Positions 27,793-38,367 of a DNA stretch of 64,000 bases are shown piece by piece (the stretch's first letter is position 1; each line of letters starts with the position of its first letter). This stretch comes from an uncultured Acidobacteriota bacterium (GTDB lineage Bacteria > Acidobacteriota > Vicinamibacteria > Vicinamibacterales > UBA2999). Below the pieces are notes generated by a model. It had not been told where the DNA came from, did no database searches, and was given only the letters and a program-made list of their open reading frames with translations. The translations under genes were made by a program, and so were the position numbers. The DNA lies in contig CAVTIA010000014.1 of the NCBI GenBank assembly GCA_963734635.1, forward strand, positions 720,192 through 784,191, read 5' to 3'.

Positions 27793-27829
27793 GAGCGTTC
27801 GGATCGTTCGAACGTTCGGGCGTTCGGAG
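27793..27829. repeat. CGTTCG word-repeat tract upstream of 27836
   Basis: GAGCGTTCGGATCGTTCGAACGTTCGGGCGTTCGGAG, with a central palindrome CGTTCGAACG. Confidence 0.5.
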
Positions 27830-27835
27830 TGCATC

Positions 27836-28914
27836 ATGAAACGTCTTCTCACACTCGCCATTGCGCTATGTACAGGGGTTGCGCCGGCGCTCGGCCAGAC
27901 GAGCTGGCCGAATCAGCGTGAGGCCGACTTCGTCCTGCGTAACTACCGCTTCGGCAGCGGGGAGACGCTCGCAGAGCTGCGCATCCACTACATCACGCTC
28001 GGCACTGCACGGAAGAACGCTGCTGGCGAAATCGTGAACGGTGTGCTGCTGCTGCACGGTACGAGCGGATCCAGCACCTCCTGGCTGCAGCCGACACTGG
28101 CGAACGAGTTGTTCGCAGAAGGGCAGCCGCTCGACGCGTCACGTTACTTCGTGATCATTCCAGACGGCATCGGTGCGGGTGGATCCAGCAAGCCGAGCGA
28201 TGGCCTACGGGGCGATTCCCGCACTATCGCTACCGCGACATGGTGGAAGCTCACTACCGCCTCGTCACCGAAGGCCTGGGCATTCGGCATCTACGCCTCG
28301 TGCTCGGTACGTCGATGGGCGGGATGCAGACGTGGATGTGGGGCGAGATGTATCCCGACTTCATGGACGGGCTCGTCCCGATCGCCAGTCAGCCGAGTGC
28401 GATGAGCGGCCGCAACTGGCTCACGCGTCGCGTTCGGATCGAGGCTATTCGCAACGATCCCGACTGGAATGGCGGCAACTACGAGAAGAATCCCACGCGG
28501 TATGTCTACACACTGCCGCTCGCATCACTGATGACGGAAAGCGTCGTCAGGATTCAGGAGACCGCACCGACGCGCGAAGCGGCTGACGCGCTCTATCAGC
28601 GGCTGGTCGAAGAAGCGAAGAAGAACGACGCGAACAACCAACTCTACGCGATCGAGGCGGTCATGGACTACGACCCCTCGAAAGATCTGAACAAGATCAG
28701 GGCGAGTCTCCTCGCGATCAATTTCGCAGACGACGCGCTCAATCCACCGGAGCTGGGGGTGCTCGAGCCGGCCATCGCGAAGATTCCGCATGCCCGGTAC
28801 GTGATGCTCCCCGCGGGGCCCGATACGCACGGCCACTATACGTATTTCCGTGCCGCCCTGTGGAAGTCGCATCTCGCGGAATTCATGAACACTCTGGAGG
28901 CCACACGGGAATGA
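27836..28914 (+). pseudogene. secreted alpha/beta hydrolase (homoserine-acetyltransferase/MetX-like fold); apparent 1-nt deletion near 28215
   Basis: ...KPSDGLRGD is in the 27782..28405 frame and FPHYRYRDMVEAHYRL...GTSMGGMQ in the 28240..28914 frame; 1079 nt = 3n+2. Confidence 0.7.
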
Positions 28915-29327
28915 GGAAAGTTGCATTGCTCACGGGCGCGATCGCACTGGTTGCCTTGTCGATTGCGGCGGCACAGACCAAAACGGTCTGGGACGGCGTC
29001 TACAGCGAAGCGCAGGCAGGCCGCGGCAAGAAGTCGTACATCACGCACTGCGCGTCGTGCCACAACGAGGGGCTGCAGGGCGGTGACCTCGCGCCGGAGC
29101 TGAAGGGGGAGAGCTTCCTCCTGCGCTGGAACGACAAGTCGATGTTCGAGTTCGTCGATCGGGTGCAGAAAACGATGCCGCAGGACAATCCCGGTGGGCT
29201 GAACGCGCAGGAGAACGGCGACATCGTCGCGTATATCCTGCAGGTGAACAAGATGGCGCCCGGCTCCGCGGATCTTTCGTCGGACGCAGCGGCGCTGAAG
29301 GCGATCACCATCACGAAATCCAAGTAG
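28911..29327 (+). CDS. monohaem c-type cytochrome, secreted
   Basis: The ATG overlaps the upstream stop (ATGA). Signal peptide, CASCH, and NGDIVAYILQVN. The stop TAG lies inside the GTAG of a REP hairpin. Confidence 0.8.
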   Translation: MRKVALLTGAIALVALSIAAAQTKTVWDGVYSEAQAGRGKKSYITHCASCHNEGLQGGDLAPELKGESFLLRWNDKSMFEFVDRVQKTMPQDNPGGLNAQENGDIVAYILQVNKMAPGSADLSSDAAALKAITITKSK

Positions 29328-29349
29328 CGCGCAGGCTTTAGCCTGCGCG
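29324..29349. repeat. REP-like hairpin GTAGCGCGCAGGCTTTAGCCTGCGCG
   Basis: GC stem around a CTTTAG loop; same family as 7544 and 9200. Confidence 0.7.
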
Positions 29350-29421
29350 GGATCCCTTACGTGGGGCGGGTGCCGCCAAGCGGCGTAATACCACGCGAGG
29401 CGGACCCGCCGGAGATACACA

Positions 29422-30495
29422 ATGTCGAAAATCCGAATCGCCGTCCTTATGCCCGCGCAAGCTAAAGCTTGCGCGCTACTGGTCGCTTTGCTTGCGGTGC
29501 TCCCACTAGCACACCTGTCTGCCCAACAGCGCGGCCGTGGCGCCGGCGGCCGGGGCAATGCACCCGAGTTTCCGACCGACCTGCAGTGGTCGAGCAACGC
29601 CGAAACGCAGCGGCGTGTGGCGACGGCAATGAAAATTGCCGGTTCGGATCTGGTTCCACAGGCCAAGATGTTCTGCACCGCGACGGGTCCGCAGCGCATG
29701 GCGGTGGCGAGACAAGCGGCCGGTCTGCCGCCCATGCCGAACGTCGTGGTCGAGCCAACCCGCGTGTTCGACAACATGTGGTGGATCGGCATGACGTCCC
29801 AGAACGTCTGGGCGATCACGACCAGTGAAGGCATCATCCTGCTCGACACGATGAACAGCTCGGATGAAGCGCGCGATGTGATTGTCGCGAGCATGAAAAA
29901 GGTGGGCCTCGATCCGGCGCAGATCAAGTACATCGTCATCGGTCACGGTCATCCGGGACAGTCGGATCACACCGGCGGCGCGCTGCATCTGCAGAAGACG
30001 TACGGCGCCAAGGTGGTGATGAGCCCGATCGATGCCAAGCTCGTGTTGCCGACGCAGCGTGCCGATCGTCCGCTCGCGGTGCCCGACATCGACGCCGTTC
30101 ACGGGCAGAAGCTCACGCTGGGCGACACGACGCTGACCTTGGCTCATATTCCGGGCCATACGCCCGGCACAATGGGGGTGATTGTGCCGGTGAAGCTGCG
30201 AGGCGCCTCGCATTCCGTGATCGTGCTGGCGGCCACGCAGATGCCCACGCGCGAGTCGCTGATCCAGTTCGAGAAGGTCTTCACCGAGTTTGCGAAGCCG
30301 ATGAAGGTGGAGGCCTCACTCAACATGCATGCGAACGGCGTGCAGAACGACCTCGAGTTCCTGGAGCAGATCCGCAAGAACCCGAACGGTCCGAACCCGT
30401 ATCTCTACGGACCCGAGCGCTTCAGCCGGTGGATGGACATCATGATCGAGTGCGGCAGGGGACGGCTGGCGGCACTGGGAGTGAGCACGAACTGA
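29422..30495 (+). CDS. secreted MBL-fold metallohydrolase
   Basis: IILLDTMNS...IVIGHGHPGQSDHTGG (HxHxxxDH). The start may be ATG 29422 or ATG 29449. Codons 11-19 are encoded by a REP-like hairpin (29454..29479). Confidence 0.7.
   Translation: MSKIRIAVLMPAQAKACALLVALLAVLPLAHLSAQQRGRGAGGRGNAPEFPTDLQWSSNAETQRRVATAMKIAGSDLVPQAKMFCTATGPQRMAVARQAAGLPPMPNVVVEPTRVFDNMWWIGMTSQNVWAITTSEGIILLDTMNSSDEARDVIVASMKKVGLDPAQIKYIVIGHGHPGQSDHTGGALHLQKTYGAKVVMSPIDAKLVLPTQRADRPLAVPDIDAVHGQKLTLGDTTLTLAHIPGHTPGTMGVIVPVKLRGASHSVIVLAATQMPTRESLIQFEKVFTEFAKPMKVEASLNMHANGVQNDLEFLEQIRKNPNGPNPYLYGPERFSRWMDIMIECGRGRLAALGVSTN
29454..29479. repeat. REP-like hairpin CGCGCAAGCTAAAGCTTGCGCGCTAC inside the 5' end of a CDS
   Basis: Perfect stem GCGCAAGC/GCTTGCGC with a TAAA centre, translated as PAQAKACAL. 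Confidence 0.6.
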
Positions 30496-30502
30496 TCCTC
30501 GT

Positions 30503-30550
30503 CGTTCACACTTCTGGGTTCTCGGGTTCTCTTGGGCGTCTGCGTTCTTC
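30503..30550. repeat. solo left arm of the 37667..38357 element family
   Basis: CGTTCACACTTCTGGGTTCTCGGGTTCTC... with no matching right arm; lies between two convergent genes. Confidence 0.55.
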
Positions 30551-30794
30551 AGCCCAGGGTCGAAATGATGCGCGCGCGTTCCTCCTCGGAGAAGTCGTCT
30601 CCGTAGAGACGCTCGAAAAGCCGCGCGCGCAGGGCGTGGTGGCTGATGGCCGGCTCGCCGGCCCGGATGCCGGCGACGGCCAGTGCCCGCGCGAGATCGA
30701 ACATCTCGCATGCCATGCGCACCCGATCGCTGCCGGACCGCCGCGCCAGCAGCGCGTCGAGTCTGGCTGCAATCTCCCGGGGCGTATCGTTCAT
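30549..30794 (-). CDS. small alpha-helical hypothetical protein (81 aa)
   Basis: The ATG overlaps the stop of the upstream nucleotidyltransferase-like gene (ATGA). No recognisable motif. Confidence 0.5.
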   Translation of the reverse strand: MNDTPREIAARLDALLARRSGSDRVRMACEMFDLARALAVAGIRAGEPAISHHALRARLFERLYGDDFSEEERARIISTLG

Positions 30795-31377
30795 GATTCC
30801 ACCTCCCGCAGCAGACCGTCGACCGACAGAAGAGCCGCCGATCGGTCCAGATAGGCGCGATCGAGGGTGGTGCGCTGGAACATGATACGCCGCGGACGTC
30901 GCGCAACTGGATCTCGGAGTGGCTGTCGCTCGCCCACGACGAGCTTGACAGGATGAGGTCTTCCGGCGCCACGATCCAGAGCGGATGCCCGTCCACCTCG
31001 ACGAGGCGCCGCCGCCCGAATTCCTCGAGACGATACGCCGTGTCCTTCAGGACGACGAAATCCACCTTCACAATCGCGTCGCGATGAATCACGTTGAAGA
31101 GGGTCCGGCGGGAGATGGCGGCGCGGAGCGTCTCGACATCGGCTCCGAACTCGTCGCCGAGCGCCGCGGCGAGCCGGGTTGCATCGGCCGGCTCCAGTTG
31201 CACGACCACGTCGATATCCCTGGTCATGCGCGGGTGGCCGTAATGACCCGCCGCGATCGACCCGGTGATCATGTACGGGATTCGCGCCGCATCGAGCCGG
31301 CCCGTCACGAGCTTCAGGACGGACAATTGATCCTGAGGCGGGTCGCTCACGACGGAGTGTACCACCCCATCGGGCAC
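30791..31377 (-). pseudogene. minimal nucleotidyltransferase-fold protein; apparent 1-nt deletion near 30888
   Basis: ITGSIAAGHYGHPRMTRDIDVVV matches the G[GS]x9-13DxD NTase motif. ...SEIQLRDVRG then continues as IMFQRTTLDRAYLD in the 30791..31399 frame. The GTG 31377 start is tentative. Confidence 0.55.
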
Positions 31378-31432
31378 GGACGGCCGCTCCACCACGCACC
31401 TCGCTATAATCTGACCCGCTCCCGCACGAGAC

Positions 31433-34099
<2,667 letters not shown>

Positions 34100-34155
34100 G
34101 CGCGATCACTTCACATCGGACAGGCCTGTTCAGATATCGCTCGTGGGAGGCACCT

Positions 34156-34440
34156 ATGAGCCAATCATGCCGTCTCGCATTTCTGGTTTGCCTGTGTCTC
34201 GTCGGGACACTTGGCTCAGTCGCCTGAAAGCACCCTCGCATTGTTTGGTGTCTCCGTCGTCCCCATGAACTCGATGCGATGTACTCGGTCGTAAGCGACG
34301 CGACTGAACATCTCGCCGGATGGGAAACGGTTCTCAGCCGTCACGGAACGCGCCCCAAGTGAACAGCCGCACATCATTGTCGTGCACACCTGGTTCGAGG
34401 AGTCGAAGCGTCTGTGCGCGAGAACTGAGAACCTGTCGTT
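34156..34440 (+). pseudogene. gene debris: signal peptide, amidohydrolase-like N-terminal fragment and a PD40-protein C-terminal tag in three different frames
   Basis: GGGAGG-ATG 34156 gives MSQSCRLAFLVCLCLVGTLGSVA then a stop. Other frames read AQSPESTLALFGVSVVPMNS and QPHIIVVHTWFEESKRL (compare IVLNFFDELRRRVP at the end of 31433..34099). Confidence 0.4.
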
Positions 34441-34464
34441 CACACGTGTGAACTGAGAACGCGT

Positions 34465-34645
34465 CGTTCACACTTCTCGGTTCTGCGTTCTCAGTTCCTG
34501 TTCACGTTCGGTTCGGTCCGGTCCGGCGAAGCCGAACACTACGAACTGCCGGTCGCACGCGCACCTGAACAAGCGAACTCAGAACGCGAACTCTGAACCG
34601 AACCTGAAGCACGAACCGAGCACCGGGAACGTAGAAGTGTGAACG
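34465..34645. repeat. ORF-less hairpin copy (181 bp) of the 37667..38357 element
   Basis: Termini CGTTCACACTTCTCGGTTCTGCGTTCTCAG... and ...GGAACGTAGAAGTGTGAACG. An extra partial terminus CGTTCACACGTGTGAAC lies at 34437..34453. Confidence 0.7.
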
Positions 34646-34664
34646 ACGACGAGGCGTTCAGCGT

Positions 34665-35375
34665 TCAGACCGCCACCCCCACCGTGAACGTCGCGTTGTA
34701 CCCCGTCGTCGGGCTGCCCGTCACGTTTGCCATTTCTGACGCCACGCTGTCGGCGAACACGTTGTCACGCGCGTTGGCCGTCGGGTTCTGACCCTTCGGC
34801 GCGTATACACCCGTCGAGTACAAAGCTGCGGTCAGGCTCTCGGGAAATGCAATCTGCGTCACCTTTACCGATCTGCCGTTCATCGTCACGTCGACGTGGA
34901 TGTGCGTGGCGCGTCCCTGGTACCAGCCCGGGTAGATCGTCGTGAAGGTCACCCGCCCCGAGCTGTCACTGGTCTGAATGCCGCGCAGGAACGTTTCGGA
35001 CACGCCGTTGTAGCCAGGCTGGGCGTATTGCGAGTAGTGGCCGTCTGCATCGCACTGCCAGATTTCCACGTTTGCGCCCGCGACGGGACTGCAGCCATTG
35101 TTCACGTTCACCACGCTGATCGTCAGCGTCAATGGAGCGCCGGTCTTACCTTCGCGGATGTCGCTTCTGAAAAGATCCGTCAGCGAAGGGTAGGGCCCGA
35201 CGGTTTCGGATGGCGACACCGCACAGGCTGCATTTGTGCCCGTCGTGGTCGTCGCGGCGGCCGCTTCCACAGTGCTCGGGCCAGTCGGCGTCTCTCCGCA
35301 GCGAATCAGCGAAAGCGCCGCACCCGAAGCGCCCAACATGCCCAGCGCCTCGCGGCGTGTGAGTCTTTGTTTCAT
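34665..35375 (-). CDS. Tat-exported intradiol ring-cleavage dioxygenase-family protein
   Basis: ATG 35375 preceded by GGAGGA; MKQRLTRREALGMLGA is Tat-like; VGPYP, EIWQCDADGHYS and GRATHIHV are intradiol dioxygenase blocks. Confidence 0.7.
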   Translation of the reverse strand: MKQRLTRREALGMLGASGAALSLIRCGETPTGPSTVEAAAATTTTGTNAACAVSPSETVGPYPSLTDLFRSDIREGKTGAPLTLTISVVNVNNGCSPVAGANVEIWQCDADGHYSQYAQPGYNGVSETFLRGIQTSDSSGRVTFTTIYPGWYQGRATHIHVDVTMNGRSVKVTQIAFPESLTAALYSTGVYAPKGQNPTANARDNVFADSVASEMANVTGSPTTGYNATFTVGVAV

Positions 35376-35520
35376 CTCCACATCCTCCAGTGGTGTGATT
35401 CCACTGGAAAGGTGTTGTCCATCCGTTGGGGGTGTACAAAAAGAGTATGGCAGCCGGACACGAAAGCTTCATGAAGCTGTCACAGTTTCGCAGTACTTCT
35501 CCGTTTGAATTCAGGCATCG

Positions 35521-36978
35521 ATGAAGCCTCCTGCGCACGGCCGCCGGTCCACGCTGTACGGGAGCTTCTACTGGCGTCTCGGGATCAGCTTCGTCGTGTT
35601 CGTGCTTGCGGTGCTCGTTGCGCAGAGCGTCATGTTCAGCTACATCCTCGCGGGAACGAACGCGCGGAATCCTTCTCTTTCACCCAACAATCTGGCCACC
35701 TCGGCCGCTGCCGAGGTTGGGGCCGCCCTGACCGCCAACCCGGACCTGGATCTGGGCGCGTATCTGACCAGCCGCTATGGCCGCGAGCCTTGGCCTGTCT
35801 TCGTCGTCATGAGTGACGGTTCGGTCTCCGGCAACTCGACTCGGGCGCTGTCGGATGACATTCGGCGATCGGCTCAGTCCGCGCTTCGAGGCACGGGTAT
35901 CGACCGGGGCAGCACGCCGGCGCCCGAGGGGCCTGTGGTCACCGCTCCCATCCAGGTAGGCGGCGAGCTGCGCGGCCTGGTAGTGCTGCCGCCACCGCCG
36001 CCGGGTGGGGTACTGCGAGACGTGGGCCGTCTGCTATCGCTACCGGGCACGATCGTCCTGGTGATCGCGACGCTTGTTGCCGTCGTCATCATCTTCGCTC
36101 CAGCGCGGCGCCGTCTCTCGGCGCTCGAGGATGCGGCCGAACGTTTGGGTGCCGGCGATTTGACCGCGAGGGCGCCCGGCGAAGGCGGCGATGAAATCGC
36201 GCGCGTGTCGCGCGCGTTCAACCGCATGGCCGAAGACCTTGCCACGCGCGACGAGGCGCTGCGCGCGTCGGACCGATTGCGCCGCCAGATGCTCGCCGAC
36301 GTTTCCCACGAGCTGAAGACGCCGCTGACGGCGATGCGCGGCTACGTCGAGACCCTGCGCATGCCTGAAGTGGCGCTGGACGAGAATCGACGAGCCAGGT
36401 ACCTCGAGACGATCGAGTCCGAGACGCTTCGGCTCGATCGCATCGTGAAGGATCTCCTCGATCTGGCGAGGTACGAAAACAACGTGGCGCCGCTCGACGT
36501 CCGCGTTTTCGACGTGGCTCGGCTGTTCGACAACGTCGTTCGACGACACGAGCACGACACGAGCACGCGGCACATCACGGTATCTTCCGAGGTTGAAGGC
36601 GGCGCTGATCAAATCGTTGGCGACCCCGATCGCATCGAACAGGTCGTCGAGAACCTGGTAACGAACGCCGTCCGCCACACACCTGAGGGGGGCCGAATCG
36701 AGCTGCGTGCCGGAATGGCGAATGAGTGTGCGGTGCTGTCGGTGGCGGATTCCGGCAGCGGCATCGCGCCGGAGCACCTGCCGTACGTATTCGACCGCTT
36801 TTACAAAGTGGATCCCGCACGCGCGGCGGCAGGAGCGGGCAGCGGGCTCGGACTGTCGATTGCGAAAGCGATTGTCGTACGCCACGGCGGCACAATCGCA
36901 GTTGCCAGCGCACCGGGCAGCACGAGATTCACCATCTCGCTGCCTCAGGCGGCTCACTCAACGTCGACGAATTTATAG
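35521..36978 (+). CDS. sensor histidine kinase (TM-HAMP-HisKA-HATPase)
   Basis: H-box SHELKTPLTAMRGY, N-box VENLVTNAVRHT, G-boxes DSGSGI and GSGLGLSIAKAIV. Confidence 0.9.
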   Translation: MKPPAHGRRSTLYGSFYWRLGISFVVFVLAVLVAQSVMFSYILAGTNARNPSLSPNNLATSAAAEVGAALTANPDLDLGAYLTSRYGREPWPVFVVMSDGSVSGNSTRALSDDIRRSAQSALRGTGIDRGSTPAPEGPVVTAPIQVGGELRGLVVLPPPPPGGVLRDVGRLLSLPGTIVLVIATLVAVVIIFAPARRRLSALEDAAERLGAGDLTARAPGEGGDEIARVSRAFNRMAEDLATRDEALRASDRLRRQMLADVSHELKTPLTAMRGYVETLRMPEVALDENRRARYLETIESETLRLDRIVKDLLDLARYENNVAPLDVRVFDVARLFDNVVRRHEHDTSTRHITVSSEVEGGADQIVGDPDRIEQVVENLVTNAVRHTPEGGRIELRAGMANECAVLSVADSGSGIAPEHLPYVFDRFYKVDPARAAAGAGSGLGLSIAKAIVVRHGGTIAVASAPGSTRFTISLPQAAHSTSTNL

Positions 36979-37673
36979 CCGACACCCCAGGCGGTCAGGA
37001 TTAGCTCCGGATCCTGCGCGTCGCGCTCGATCTTCCGGCGCAGCCTGCTGATGACCGTGTCCACGGTGCGTTCGGTCACGTAGGTGTCGTCGCTCCAGAC
37101 GTTCTGGAGCAGCGCTGCCCGGCTGAAGACGATCCCTGGCCTGCGGGCGAGCTGATACAGGAGGTCGAACTCCTGGCGGGTCAACTCGATCGGGGCGCCG
37201 CGTACGATCGCTTCGCGCCGCTCCGGGTCGAGCTGCACGTTCGCGGCCGACGTGCGCTTCCGCGCCGGGGCCGGGCTGTCGTCGTCACGGGCGTGCCGCC
37301 GTGTGATGGCGTTGACGCGTGCGATGAGCTCGCGGATGCCGAAGGGCTTGGTGAGGTAGTCGTCTGCACCGCTTTCGAGCCCCAACACCTTGTCAGATTC
37401 CGTGTCGCGCGCGGTCAGCATCAGGATTGGGGTGCTGACGTTCGGTCCGCCCGTCCGGATCGCGCGGCACAGCGAGACTCCGTCCAGGCCCGGCAGCATG
37501 ACGTCGAGAATCACGAGGTTGTACGCGCTCTCGCGAAGGCGGCGCAGCGCCTCGCGACCGTCGGCGGACTCTTCGACTTCGAACCCGGCGAGCTCGAGGT
37601 GCAGGCGCAGCAGATCACGTACGGGAAGCTCGTCCTCGACGACGAGGGCGCGGCGCGAAAAGCCGTCGTTCAC
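36954..37673 (-). CDS. OmpR-family response regulator
   Basis: ALVVEDE...ILDVMLPGLDG receiver domain plus winged helix TVDTVISRLRRKIE...TAWGVGYKF. The GTG start lies within the element terminus. Confidence 0.9.
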   Translation of the reverse strand: MNDGFSRRALVVEDELPVRDLLRLHLELAGFEVEESADGREALRRLRESAYNLVILDVMLPGLDGVSLCRAIRTGGPNVSTPILMLTARDTESDKVLGLESGADDYLTKPFGIRELIARVNAITRRHARDDDSPAPARKRTSAANVQLDPERREAIVRGAPIELTRQEFDLLYQLARRPGIVFSRAALLQNVWSDDTYVTERTVDTVISRLRRKIERDAQDPELILTAWGVGYKFVDVE

Positions 37674-38357
37674 ACTTCTCAGCTTCTCCGTTCTCAGTTC
37701 GTGTTCACGTTCAGTTCCGGCGTTCAGAGTTCACCTTTCCGAGGTTCGACGTTCTTGCACCTGCATTCGCGCAAGCCGTGCAAATTCTGCGTACCTGACC
37801 CGAATAGGCGAGCAATCATGGCCTGAAGACCTTGGCACTCGGCGTGCTCCGTTGCGCACCATGGGCGTACACCGATTCACGGAACTACGCGCCTGGCAGG
37901 CCTGCAACGTTTACAAGAATGCAGTCTATCGACTCTGCGAGCAAGGATCGCTCTCGACAGACTGGAAGCGTCGAGGACAGCTCGAAGATTCGGTATCTGG
38001 TCCACCCGGACACATCGCCGAAGGGTTCGGCAGATTCAACCCGGCCGACTTTGCACGCTTCGCCGTAATCGCGCGGTCGTCGCTCATGGAATCGCAGAAT
38101 CATCTGCGAGACGCGGTCGATAAGGGCTACATCACCGAAGACATTCGCCTCGAACACGACAAGCTTGCCGAGGCCGCTCTCGAGGAGGTCACCGGACTGC
38201 TGGAGTACCTTCAGTCTCCCGAGGCGCTGCGAAACGCTCGCCGCGCCCGTGAACGCCGCATCGCGTCAAGATCCGAACGCCGAACCAAGAACCCGAACAA
38301 CGAACCAGAACCGAACCTGAACACGAACCGAGAAGCGAGAACCGAGAAGAGTGAACG
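37667..38357. mobile_element. 691-bp element bounded by about 50-nt imperfect inverted repeats and carrying a four-helix-bundle (23S-IVS-type) gene
   Basis: The left arm starts CGTTCACACTTCTC and the right arm ends GAGAAGAGTGAACG. The arms are reverse complements, and the same termini bound ORF-less copies at 10879, 18725 and 34465. Confidence 0.6.
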
Positions 38358-38361
38358 ATAG
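37861..38361 (+). CDS. four-helix-bundle protein (23S rRNA intervening-sequence protein family)
   Basis: FTELRAWQACNVYKNAVYRL...GHIAEGFGRFNPADFARFAVIARSSLMESQNHLRDA is typical of the family. The last ~35 codons are arm-encoded low complexity. Confidence 0.75.
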   Translation: MGVHRFTELRAWQACNVYKNAVYRLCEQGSLSTDWKRRGQLEDSVSGPPGHIAEGFGRFNPADFARFAVIARSSLMESQNHLRDAVDKGYITEDIRLEHDKLAEAALEEVTGLLEYLQSPEALRNARRARERRIASRSERRTKNPNNEPEPNLNTNREARTEKSER

Positions 38362-38367
38362 TTTGCT

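Noticed and set aside
37667-38357. A genuine rRNA intervening sequence / nearby rRNA operon
   Set aside because: No 16S/23S/5S-like sequence is recognisable anywhere in the window, and the element lies between protein-coding genes.
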